A stretch of DNA of 63,861 nt, the filler included, from Octopus bimaculoides (lineage: Eukaryota): NCBI RefSeq assembly GCF_001194135.2. It is 4 parts of 4 records of this genome, joined end to end, with 100 filler letters (N's around TTAATTAATTAA, not from the genome) between each part and the next. Parts side by side here need not be neighbours in the genome. Positions count along the whole stretch, not along the records: positions 7,298 to 30,032 come from NC_069002.1; positions 30,133 to 61,985 come from NC_068990.1; 2 more parts are not named here. One strand, given 5' to 3'. Every line of letters begins with the position of its first letter. The first letter of the stretch is position 1. Positions 26,863 to 38,819 of the stretch are shown here, in pieces. Below the pieces are notes generated by a model that did no database searches, was not told where the DNA came from, and saw only the letters and a list, made by a program, of their open reading frames with translations. The position numbers and the translations under genes were made by a program.

Positions 26863-28005
26863 AGTGAAGTAAATTTAAAATTCCATACATATATATATAT
26901 ATATATATATATANNNNNNNNNNNNNNNNNNNNNNNNNNNNNNNNNNNNNNNNNNNNNNNNNNNNNNNNNNNNNNNNNNNNNNNNNNNNNNNNNNNNNNN
27001 NNNNNNNNNNNNNNNNNNNNNNNNNNNNNNNNNNNNNNNNNNNNNNNNNNNNNNNNNNNNNNNNNNNNNNNNNNNNNNNNNNNNNNNNNNNNNNNNNNNN
27101 NNNNNNNNNNNNNNNNNNNNNNNNNNNNNNNNNNNNNNNNTATACACATATATATAAATATATATTCTTTTACTTGTTTCAGTCATGCTGGAGCACAGCG
27201 TTTAGTCGAGTAAATTGACCCCAGGACTTATTCTTTGTAAGCCTAGTACTTATTCTATCGGTTTATTTTGCCAAACCGCTAAGTTATGGGGACGTAAACA
27301 CAGTCAAATTGTTGAAACAAATAAAAGAGTAAAAAAGGTATATCAGCCCACATACATATACGCACGGCACGTCAATAAGACTGCCATTATCACCATCAAC
27401 ATCAACAGACAGCCAGGGCAGGGCAAGGAATGTGTGTCCATGCTGGAGCATCACCTTCAAGAATAAAATCGAACAAATATTATTTTCTTCTAATTGAAAG
27501 GCATTTTATTATTACAGGAAAAAAAGAAAGTAAAAGAGCATTAAAAAGATCAAATTATCGAGAAAAAAAACTCAATACTACCTTACCAAAGAAACAAAGA
27601 AAAAGAAAAAAATGGGGAGACAATGAAGTGACAGAAGATTTGGTGGGAGTAACAGGTGGTACCCCACAGAACAAATGACGTGTTTAGCCATGTCTGCTAA
27701 GGCGTTACCGCGGAGAATGGCCAACGGCTCTCGTTGAAGCAGCTACCTTCACTTCGCGGGGGTTCTTTCCTCAAACGGGCCCTCAGTTATTCCGATTTTG
27801 TGGAGGAAAAGCATCCAATATAAGAGCAACAATAAAACATCACCCTGTCACTACAACCCCACACGATCTTCTCCACCCCCGTCGGTAATATATCACCATC
27901 TTGGCATAGTTCCACCATTTTGATCACGTCTTAATTAAAGTTTACATTTCATTATCGATTTTGGTTGTTATTGTAATTGTTCCTGTTGTTGTTGTTATCG
28001 TTACG

Positions 28006-28039
<34 letters not shown>

Positions 28040-28302
28040 ATAAGATTTTACTCTTGATTTGTTATTTTTTTACGTATTTATCTTTCTTTTTTTTTTAGAT
28101 TGTTTCTGTTGATGGTATTTATTATCACCCAGATACTTTATAATTGTTGTTGTTGTTGTTGTTGTGATGCTAGTGATTTGTTTTTTGTTGTTGTTGCTGT
28201 TGGCATTGTTCTTTTTATTACTGATGTTGTCATTAAAACGTTGTTGTTGTTGTTGTTGTTATTGTTGCCATGCCGTTGTTGTCATTGTTCGCATTATTAT
28301 TG

Positions 28303-28558
28303 AGTTGGCAGAATCATTAGCACGTCGGACAAAATGCTAGAGGGCGTTTCTTCCAACCAATAACGTTCTGAGTTCAAATTCCGCCTTTCATCTTTTCGGT
28401 ATCGCTGAAATACATAGCAGTCTAGAGTTGGGTTTAGCATAAACAACCCGACCTTTCCCAACAAATTTCAGGCCTTGTGCCTATTTATTTATTTATGTGT
28501 TTCAGCCAAGTGGCTGCGGTCATGCTGGTGCACCACCGTGAGGTAGTAGAAATATTAC

Positions 28559-28621
<63 letters not shown>

Positions 28622-28875
28622 NNNNNNNNNNNNNNNNNNNNNNNNNNNNNNNNNNNNNNNNNNNNNNNNNNNNNNNNNNNNNNNNNNNNNNNNNNNNNNN
28701 NNNNNNNNNNNNNNNNNNNNNNNNNNNNNNNNNNNNNNNNNNNNNNNNNNNNNNNNNNNNNNNNNNNNNNNNNNNNNNNNNNNNNNNNNNNNNNNNNNNN
28801 NNNNNNNNNNNNNNNNNNNNNNNNNNNNNNNNNNNNNNNNNNNNNNNNNNNNNNNNNNNNNNNNNNNNNNNNNNN

Positions 28876-28934
<59 letters not shown>

Positions 28935-29600
28935 GGGGACAAAATAGAGGCATTAACACACCGGATAACATGCTTAGCGGTATATCGTTCGTCTTTATAT
29001 TCTCAGTTCAAATTCCACCGAAGTCGATTTTGCCTTTCATCCCTCCCGGTGGTCGATAAAATAAGTAACATCGGAAAATGAGAATCCAGGTTCGAAATTT
29101 CCCGAAGACATCTGATGAAGGCTGGAGGGTATATCAGCCGAAACGTTGTGTTAACAACAAACAAGATGAGGACAAATATCCGTCAATTGTAAATAATGTA
29201 AATAGCATTTCATCTGTCTTTACGTTCTGAGTTCAAATTTCGCCGCGATCGACTTCGCCTTTCATTTCTTTTCGGGGTTAATAAAATAAGTACCAGCTGA
29301 ACATTGAGGTTGATTTAATCGACTTACAGCCACCCCTCCCTACAAAAGAAAAATTGCTGACCTGATGCCAAAATTTGAAACCATTATTATCATCATTAGG
29401 GTAACGATCTCGTAGAATCTTCATCACGTCGGGTGAAATGCTTAGCGACATATCGTCCGTCTTTACGTTCTGAGTTTAAATTCCGCCAAGGACGACATTG
29501 CCTTTCATCCTTTCGGGATCGATAAAATAAGTACCAGACAAGTCCAAAAATCAATGTAATCGACCAACACGTCCTCTTAGAATTGCTGGCTTTGTTCCAA
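28303..29600 (+). mobile_element. Array of about four to five SINE family B copies or fragments, head to tail, interleaved with (ATT)n tails and a hammerhead-containing insert
   Basis: gagttcaaattc-type motifs recur at ~28370, ~29005, ~29230 and ~29470, each followed by gcctttcat...cggggtcgataaaataagtac-like sequence. Confidence 0.8.
29107..29152 (+). ncRNA. Minimal type I hammerhead ribozyme-like motif (Penelope/retrozyme style, palindromic stem III)
   Basis: GACAT-CTGATGA-A-GGCTG(10 nt)CAGCC-GAAA-CGT-T-GTGTT. Core intact, 5-bp stem II, stem I of 5 pairs including two G-U. Confidence 0.55.
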
Positions 29601-30412
29601 AATTAGAAGCAATTATCTCACTATTGCACCTTGTTGTTGTTGTTGTTATTCTTGTTGTTGTTATTAAAACGTTGTTGCTGTTGTAGTCGTCGTTCCTATT
29701 GATTTTTTTTATTGTCCTTGAACTGTTTGTTGCTGTTGTTGTTGTTGCAATTCGTGTTGTCTGGTCGTTAGTGTTACTCTTTAACCTTAAGTCAACAATG
29801 ATCAATCAGGTCTTTGACCAAATTTGCATCGACCGCGACCATCGCCACTTTTAGTCAATGTGTCGAAACTAAATTGTTCTAAAGTGTCCCGCAAGCAAGA
29901 ACAGGGTAGAAACGAGGGATACGAGAGGGGGGGGGGGTTGCAATTTCTAGCAGAGCGAGTCACGTGCTTCTACGTTGGCTTCAGTAGTATTACTGCTATT
30001 TCTGTTGTTTTCGCACAACCACCATCACCACCNNNNNNNNNNNNNNNNNNNNNNNNNNNNNNNNNNNNNNNNNNNNTTAATTAATTAANNNNNNNNNNNN
30101 NNNNNNNNNNNNNNNNNNNNNNNNNNNNNNNNATCTTTGCCTCCACTGATTCACTTGCAAAATGTTGAGTAAAATTATTTCGTTGCAGACTTCCTTTCGG
30201 TCTTTTTATTATCACTGCGACACACATAGTCCCCAGTTGGTAACATTGATTTCAAGGCCCTCCTAGATGAGAGACTGGCATTCCACTTAATGTCTATGTT
30301 CCATGCTGGCATGGATTGGAGAGTTATTAATGTAGAAATATGGTATCGTAGCTACTAACAGTTGAGGGTTGCGTAGTCTAGACGGCGTTTTTAGATTTCA
30401 TTATTCTCTTTA

Positions 30413-30440
30413 ACCCGGGCAAAGCCGGGTATTTCTGCTA

Positions 30441-30441
<1 letters not shown>
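30413..30441 (+). mobile_element. Helitron-type 3' terminus (GC hairpin followed by CTAG|T)
   Basis: ACCCGGGC-AAA-GCCGGGT hairpin, 7 nt spacer, CTAG then T. No 5' end identified. Confidence 0.55.
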
Positions 30442-30474
<33 letters not shown>

Positions 30475-30476
<2 letters not shown>

Positions 30477-30830
30477 TTTTGGGACTGGGATCAGTCCCAC
30501 TGCGTGACACCTTGGGTAAATGTCTTCTACTATAGTCATGGCCGACCAAAGTTTTGTGAGTGAATTTGGTAGACGGAAACTGAAAGAAGCCCGTCATATG
30601 TATGTGTGCGTCTGTCTGTCTGTGTCCCCCACCACCGCTTGATAACCAGTGTTAGTCTGTTTATGTCTTCGTAAATTAGCAGTCCGGCAAAAGAGATCGA
30701 TAGAATAAGTATCAGACTTAAAAAGAAAAATAATTAATTACTGAAGTCGACTCATTCGACTAAAAAATTTCCAGGGAGGTACCCGATCAAGGGCCGCAGT
30801 CTAATGACTGAAACAAGTAAAAGGTAAAAG
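30475..30830 (+). mobile_element. SINE family A, near-complete
   Basis: cagtcccactgcgtgacaccttgggtaaatgtcttctactatag...ggtagacggaaactgaaagaagcccgtc...ggccgcagtctaatgactgaaacaagtaaaag. Confidence 0.85.
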
Positions 30831-30844
30831 ACATATATACTAAG

Positions 30845-31165
30845 ATGCAGAATGGTAGATTAGTTTTACGGGGAGTTGCGACGTGATAAACGTACGAGGT
30901 GTTTTAAGGATGCCGTCAAAATAAACCTTAAGGCCCTTCGTGTGAATATTGAAGATTGGGAGTAGATGACGGAAAAATCGATCGGTTTTGAAAGAAATTA
31001 TCTACATTTGAAACACAGAGAATAGAACAATCCATATTGAACCGAACACTTCGTAAACAGGACTTCACTTCAATCCTAGATAATTTTCTGCTAGAAAATG
31101 TTTTAAACAACTACTGTCGAGTTTGTTTGTCCAAAGCCGATGCTGCTCGTCATATGAGATCTCGA
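30845..31165 (+). mobile_element. RTE-clade LINE 3' fragment
   Basis: Decayed FYGEL..KR.R..FKDAVK.NLK...NIEDWE, then LNRTLRKQD and CRVCLSKA...HMRSR, the usual RTE C-terminus with terminal Cys/His motif. Confidence 0.6.
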
Positions 31166-31548
31166 CAGCATTTACTAATTGACGAAATGGCCCTCTCTAA
31201 AAAAGTGACTATCAACATATATATATATATATGATGAAAAATACCATAAACTTGGCCAAAAAATGGCAAACACTCAGGCAGGAGTTAGCCAAAATTAGTT
31301 GGAAACAGGTTAGTTTGGTCTGCCCTCATCATCAGTTGCCAGGGAGCAGAAAAAGGAGGTAAAAAGATATATATGTATATATATACACACACACATACAT
31401 ATATACATACACGCGCGCACACACAAACACACAAAAACACACACATCCGCACACGCACACTGCTACCGTCGCTAATAATTAATTTCTAATAAGCCTGCTG
31501 GCTATATATCATAACAGCGAGATTTGACTGTCATGTAGTGACAGGCAC

Positions 31549-31594
31549 TTCCCACTGATGCGGTCTAGTCGACCGAAATCACATGATATGGGAA
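31549..31594 (+). ncRNA. Type I hammerhead ribozyme, complete fold with one core substitution (A9C)
   Basis: TTCCCA-CTGATGC-GGTC(TAGTC)GACC-GAAA-TCA(CA)TGA-TA-TGGGAA: 6-bp stem I, 4-bp stem II, short near-palindromic stem III, AUA cleavage triplet. Confidence 0.75.
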
Positions 31595-32189
31595 TTCCGG
31601 CGTTTATGACAAACAATTCTCGTCTGCTACGATCTATCATTGTGCTTTTGTGCACCAAGCGCCTATAAGAGAAGATCTCTCAAGGCTGTTCTAACATGTT
31701 AAGTTGGAGATCAAGATTACCTTTTGGTATTAATACTTGCTCCGTCGATAATAATTAATAGATGTGTGTGTGTTTTTGCGCGCGCGTATGAATGTATGTA
31801 TATATATACTTACATACATACATACATACATACATGCATGCCTATATACAAACAAAAATACCCTGTTGTTGATGTTGAAATTCCAATGAAGGAGCTTTGG
31901 ATCTAAGTTAGAATCCGGCTCTTTATTGGCAAAAAATCTTTAAATAAAACTGAACAATGAGATACACACTAAGCAAAGAATTGTCTCTACTCACTACATG
32001 CTTGGGTTTTGGTGCATCCGGTCAGTTGCAAACCCTTTGACCTGGTATCAATTTCTATTGAATAATATTGGGTTGTCAGATAAATTCGTTCGTTTTTCTC
32101 CCCGTTTATCTTTACCTTCTCCAACGTTATATGAATTATGAACTAACATGAAAAATATTCTTATCGTTGTCTTCTATGTTTATTTTACC

Positions 32190-32632
32190 TTTTAACTTTT
32201 ACTTGTTTCAGTCATTGGACTGCAGCCATGCTGGGGATACTGCCTTGAAGAATTTAAGTCAAACGAATCGACTAATTTCTATAGTCTGGTACTTATTCTA
32301 TCAACCTCTTTTGCCGAGCCGCTAAGTTACGGGGGCGTAAACAAACCAACACCAGCTGTCAAGCAGAGGTGCGGGTCAAACACAAATACACACATGTACA
32401 TACACACACATACACACACACATATACACACACACATGTATGTATTTATTTTTGTATGTATGTATGTATGTATGTATGTATGTATGCAAGAGTGTGTACG
32501 GCAAAAGAGATCGCTAGGATAAGTACTAGACTTTAAGCACCGGGGTCGATCCATTCGACTGAAATGTAAATTCTTCAACATAGTGTCCCAGCATGGTTGC
32601 TATCTAATGACTGAAACAAGTAAAAGATAAAC
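32190..32632. mobile_element. Two SINE family A 3' fragments in inverted orientation (32190-32385 minus, 32497-32632 plus)
   Basis: ttttacttgtttcagtcatt...cttttgccg versus cggcaaaaga...aatgactgaaacaagtaaaa. Confidence 0.8.
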
Positions 32633-33599
32633 GACAGAAGATGAAAAATAAATAGACAAGGTTTTTGCATCTATCAGTACACAGTGTTGGCTATGTATTC
32701 TGTAATAGTTATACTACTGAAGAAAACAAACACAAACACGTATGTACACATGAAAACGCGTTGGAGCTGGGTGGCATGTCATCAGTATCTTAGCTGCAGC
32801 GGTAAACCTGTTGCGCTTTGACCAAGTCGAGTGCCCTGCTTCTACTGTGGTCACCAGACACAATAACAAACGAGATAGTGGGAATAGTGTAACATGCCCA
32901 GCAGGTCACACTGCATTCCATCTGATAAACGAGTGTTTGTCGGACAGCAGATTATGGTTGACAATTCAGTGAAATCACGTGTCATTTGGTCGTCTGGTTG
33001 ATCAAAAACTGAGCGGGTCTGCACAACTTCAACACAACTGTAATCAACACACACATACACATACACACACACAAACCAGGCACCACCATAACATCACTGT
33101 AACCAAACAAGCTACTACCACCACGTCACAACGAATAAGACAGGCTTTACAAGCTAGATTCCACCACTTAACGACATTATTGCAAATTTCCTCCTCACAC
33201 CACTTGCCAGAATTCACCATGCACTAAGCACCGCTACAGACTAGACAGCACCACAAAGCAGACAGCACCATGACTACGCACTACCACAGCGTTACACCAG
33301 ATGCTACCATCGCTGCACACCGCCACGCCACCACTACACACCGCCACACTGCCTCAGCAGACACCATCAAAACTGTATATTATCTGTTGACACTGATAAA
33401 AAGGCCAGGACAGCTGAAGTCTATTTATAGATAACTGACACTTAAAGATATTCTCTGTTGTGGAATGTGTGTGTGTATAGACACATACAATGTATATATG
33501 TATGTATGTATGTATGTGTGTGTGTATATATATATATACATATATATAGTGAGTATAGAGAGAAGGTATATCCGTTGATGCTGAAAGTTCATTTAATCT

Positions 33600-33755
33600 A
33601 AGATAACTTCTTTCGACCCTACGTTCTGAGTTCAAATTCCTCCGCGGTCGACTTTCGGGGTCGATTAAAATAAGCCCAAGTTGAGTCCTGATGTCGATGT
33701 AATCGTCTAGCGCTTCTCCCACCAAAAAAATCAAGCCCTGTTCCTTTAGTGGAAA
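33600..33755 (+). mobile_element. SINE family B fragment
   Basis: tacgttctgagttcaaattcctccgcggtcgactttcggggtcgattaaaataag. Confidence 0.7.
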
Positions 33756-34028
33756 GAAAACAAAAAATGGGGAACAAGATCTTAGATGGTGAGGTTCCTT
33801 GATTGGCTCTAGAGGTCCTCCAGCATCAGAAGGATCACATCACTATCATTTTTTTCCTATTTATTACTAATATATATACAATATATATTTCTTTTCTTTG
33901 TTAATATTGTATAACATGTATTCCCTTTTTTCTCTACCAATTCATTCAATGTAAATCCCTACACTTTATGTTCGTCATTGTTATCCCCTTATCCGTCGCC
34001 CTGGTGGCAAATAAAAAGAAATCATCAT

Positions 34029-34098
<70 letters not shown>

Positions 34099-35521
34099 AC
34101 TGTTGTTGCTGCTTTTAAGTCCGAAATCCTTCAAGTCAGGATTCGCTAAACATGTTTACATGTATATAAGTATAAGTATAAGTGTGTATGAGTGTGTGTG
34201 TGTGTNNNNNNNNNNNNNNNNNNNNNNNNNNNNNNNNNNNNNNNNNNNNNNNNNNNNNNNNNNNNNNNNNNNNNNNNNNNNNNNNNNNNNNNNNNNNNNN
34301 NNNNNNNNNNNATATATATATATATATATATATATACGCACATACACAGCGCAACACAGATTTATCTCTCCAAACATCATTTTTCCCTAAATCGATTTTC
34401 TGGTGTCCTGTGTAGGTGGTATAAACAACATCATTGTTATCATAACTTTTACCATCGATATTGTCCTCCCCCTTGTCCTCTTCCTCTTCCGCCACCTCCA
34501 TCATCATCATCATCACCACCATCACCACCACCACCAACAAAAGAATGGTAACTCAGAAAAGTACATTGAAAACGCATCCCCATATACATACATAAGTCAT
34601 ACTTACATACGTTCAAACTCACACGCACACACATGGAAGTTTGACAGACGAACACAAAGGCGTGAAACTAGCCACGAGAGACATAACGATTCACAAACTG
34701 TCCTTCATTTTCGTTTGACAAAATGCAAACTTTGCCTTTCATCCTTTCGAGGTCGATAAATTAAGTACCAGTTGCGTACTGGAGTCGATCTAATCGACTG
34801 GCCCCCTCTCCCAAAATTTCGGGCCTTGTGCCTAGAGTAGAAAAAGAATATTTTCGGTTAAGTTTAAATAGAGACCGACAGTACTAATACAACTATTACC
34901 AACACCACAATCATCATCATCATCATCATCACCATCATTAGCAACGATCCTCCCTCCACGATCGAGCAAACGATAGATACTATGCGGTCGGTCCACTTGC
35001 AAGAAACTGTAGTCAAACCTTCTCAAATCACTCTTACTATCCTAAGGAATTTCTGTCTCTATTGGTGAACATACTACCCACGCACGTGTGCGCGCGCGCA
35101 CACACACACATACATACATATGGAATAGTCACATCTGGAACATCTTCGATCAATGTGTCCGAGATCAACGTCACGCTCACTATCAGCAGCAGCAGCAGCA
35201 GCATCACCTCCATCCACACCACCACCACCACCACCACCACCTAGGTGATCGCTACAACTGAGGTATTATTTGCACACACAGACCAATTGTCCGTGTGTAT
35301 CATCATATCTTAGTAGAAGAATTTCAATGAAAATAATAAACCCACCAAAGCAAGATTATTGTTGACAAGGTCGATGCATCGCTGCATTAGGAATCATAAT
35401 ATATCCTTCAAATTATACTTAAGTCTTAAAGGAAGGCGGGATGGTTACGTCTGGAGCAACCTGGTTTGATCATAGAACTGCTCAATCAGAACTGACAAAA
35501 ACGAAAGTAAAAGTGCACTTT

Positions 35522-35587
<66 letters not shown>

Positions 35588-36367
35588 CCCAACACTCACA
35601 CATTCAAACTCTCTTTTCTTTCCTCTTTCTCACGAATATAGACAAACGCATGACATACATGCATGCATACATTGAGTCCATGCCTAACACAAGGGCGTGC
35701 GCACACAGAGCTAGAGATTCTCTCGTATACATAAATGTGTGCAAGTGTATGTGCATAAGTGTGCGTGTGTGATATTTGTTTGTAGTCAAAAAGACTACCA
35801 CCAACTGCATTAACAACCTCAACAACAATGATAGATCTTTTGCCAACCTTCCTTCGCCAACCCGCTGGAAACAATGCATTCACTCGACATGCACGTTCGC
35901 AAACACAGCGGAAGAGAGAAAGAGGAGAGAGAGGGGGAAGCACACACTGGCAGATACCAGGTGTCTTGTGTGTCACGATGGTGGTGAATCATCTTTATAG
36001 AGTGCGGTCCGTTCCTAAAACGAAATCTCTTAACTTTCGAAGGGAAGGAGAGAAGTGACAAGCCTGCGAGTGGAGAGCTCATACTTTTGTTGGGGGCCTT
36101 TTATTCATTTTCGTCACCATCTACACCACTACCATTACCACCACCACCACCGCCACTTCCTCCTCCTCCTCCTCCTCCACCGCTAACACTCTCAGCAGCA
36201 GCAACAGCGCAGATACCGTTATCACTGACCTTATCTTTCTGTTACATAAACCAAACACTTGGCAACGATGCACGCGGTCATGGGTCACTTGACGTGCTAG
36301 TAGTAATAGCAGTCAGATATCCCTCAAATCGCCCTTTACCATCTTAAAAAGAAAGATATATTGGATG

Positions 36368-36399
<32 letters not shown>

Positions 36400-37567
36400 A
36401 TACCGTATATACTCGAGTAACAGTCGAAGATTTAGTTGGTTTGGCTGCCAGCATTTCAAAAATTAAAGTTTATCGAAAATTTTAAAATTTGGCACATTAA
36501 TCTCCATTTTCAAGCTGAATTGCTGGAATTATTTCATTTTTTCCATAAAAATGTTTTAAAAAAGTTTTAGAGGTTTAAAGTTTGATCGTTTTCACCCAGT
36601 CAAGAAACAAGATTTGGAAGCTGTTATTTTGTGCGTGAGTGCACGTGTTGTCAAGATTCTGAAAATAGTACGTGTTTTTATATGAAACTGTAAGCAAATC
36701 AAATTCTGCTTAACGTACGACATAAAACCTCTCATAGCTTTTTTAAAATTTGGAATTTTCAGAAAATTGTAGCAAATTTGTACTCTTAACACGGGAATTC
36801 ATACGATTATGCAAAAAAGGGGGGGAGTGTAAGTTAAGGCCTATTTAGCTGCTATTTTTAGAACATCTCACGACCAGGATACAAGCAACAGAGGGACACA
36901 AGTAACGGAACACATCGCCAACGCACGTGGCATTGCGTAGAATACATTTGCCAAAACACATGCTTTCTCGCTGACAAAAGAGTTCTCATGCTTGGCTTGT
37001 TACTATGGAAACAGGCATGAATATTGTCTGTGGCTTACGATTGGCTAAAACTACCAACATTTTCAAACTTTAATTGCTAATAACTCGTTATTTATTGATT
37101 TATAGCGAAAATAATTTTCCCGTCATTTATTAGCCTATAAAAGTGTATCATTACACTGAATATGAAATCAATTCGAACAGAAATAGAATCTGGCAGCTAA
37201 ACCAACTAAATTCACACTCGATCTCATGTAAAAGTCGACCCCTATTTTTGGTCCCCAAATTGGGAATTTTCCATAGACTCCGTATAGAAGTGGACCCTAG
37301 TATTTCACGAACAACAAGACAACATTTGTGGATCAAGGTACCGTATTATCCTGTACGTAGAAATAACTGTTACAAAATTGTGTGACTACCTTACTGTAGC
37401 CCGCTCTAGAGGTGGAACGTTTGGTGCTTATAATGGAGTGCTCGGTGCTTATAGTAAATAGCGAGCACTATACACCTGCTGATGGGTGCTACATCACCAT
37501 TACTAAAATGTATGCACAGGATATGCTGCAAGCCTGCATATATCTTGAAGTACAATAAACACATGCG

Positions 37568-37903
37568 TTGTTTACATGGTGAGAAACGTGTTTCACAGAC
37601 TGCACTAATGGTGAACACTGGCAAACGCCACTGTCTGAATTCGTACAAAGGTATGACTTTGATAAGCCTAAAAACATTCAATTAATCGCTAGATCAGTGG
37701 TTCCCATGCGACCTTTATATTTTCCTCGTCTCCAAATACAATAGACACATGTGTCATACGCTCGTTTGTTTACATGGTGAGAAACGTGTTTCACAGACAT
37801 GCTGTCGGCAAACAACAGCAAACACCACTGTATGAATCCGTACCGAGGCATGACTTCGGTAAGCCTAAAAACATTTAGTTAATCACTAAATCATTGGTTC
37901 CCA
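37568..37903. repeat. Diverged ~139 bp direct repeat (period 198 bp), each unit ending at a hAT-like CAGTGGTTCCCA
   Basis: ttgtttacatggtgagaaacgtgtttcacagac...aagcctaaaaacatt...ggttccca at 37568-37706 and 37766-37903. Confidence 0.8.
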
Positions 37904-38236
37904 AACTTTCTTTTGCCGCGGAATCTTTCGACATTATTTTTAAAAACGTGGAACCCCTGATAACTTTCAGGGGAGCCTGGGGTTTTTTCAGAACACACTT
38001 TTGGGATCCCTACTCCAGATTAACAACTCTACACCACATTATGGTTATATACTGGTAACTACACATGACATCTTGCAACTTTTATTTTTTCATTTCTTTG
38101 GGGGACAACATATACACAGAACACGCCACACTGTTTACCCTATGATCTGAAACGCCGTGTAGGTATCAGCTGTATGCACCATACTACGGTAGATAGTGGC
38201 ATGCCGGTACTGGGTAGATATGTAACATAATTATGG

Positions 38237-38390
38237 AAGGCGGTGAACTGGCAGAAACGTTAGCACGCCGGGCGAAATGCTTAGCGATATTTCGCCTGTC
38301 TTTGCATTCTGAGTTCAAATTCCGCCGAGGTCGACTTTGCCTTTCATCCTTTCGGGGTTGATAAATTACCAGTTGATAAGTACCAGTTGC
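38237..38390 (+). mobile_element. SINE family B
   Basis: aggcggtgaactggcagaaacgttagcacgccgggcgaaatgcttagcg...gagttcaaattccgccgaggtcgactttgcctttcatcctttcgggg. Confidence 0.85.
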
Positions 38391-38481
38391 ATGCATATAC
38401 ATATGCACACGCATGTGCATAAACATAAACATTAAACGCAGACATATTTATGTACAATCATGTATACATATTCCTATATAA

Positions 38482-38805
38482 GGAGGCGCAATGGCCCAGT
38501 GGTTAGGGCAGCGGACTCGTGGTCATAGGATCACGGTTTCGATTCCCAGACCGGGCGTTGTGAGTGTTTATTGAGTGAAAACACCTAAAGCTCCACGAGG
38601 CTCCGGCAGTGGATGGTGGCGAACCCTGCTGTACTCCACAACTTTCTCTCACTCTTACTTCCTGTTTCTATTGTGCCTATAATTCAAAGGGTCAGCCTTG
38701 TCACACTGTGTCACGCTGATTATCCCCGAGAACTACGTTAAGGGTACACGTGTCTGTGGATCAACTGGAACCCTCGACGTCGTAAGCGACGGAGTGCCAG
38801 CAACA
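38482..38805 (+). mobile_element. SINE family D (own head, 3' tail shared with family C)
   Basis: ggaggcgcaatggcccagtggttagggcagcgg...ggtttcgattcccagaccgggcg, tail caaagggtcagccttgtcacactgtgtcacgctg...gagaactacgttaagggtacacgtg. Confidence 0.85.
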
Positions 38806-38819
38806 ATTCCTATATAAAT

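Noticed and set aside
31501-31620. Minus-strand VIN...CDFG reading as a possible PLK subdomain VII exon
   Set aside because: Spacing and residues do not fit the kinase motif; the hammerhead fold on the plus strand explains the sequence better.
36087-36347. Polyproline ORF resembling a formin or WASP segment
   Set aside because: Explained by CCA/CCT/CAG triplet repeats; no splice signals or domain context.
36403-37370. Possible large pogo-type non-autonomous element starting TA|CCGTATATACTCGAG
   Set aside because: No matching right TIR or TSD could be identified; likely several nested remnants, so boundaries are unsupported.
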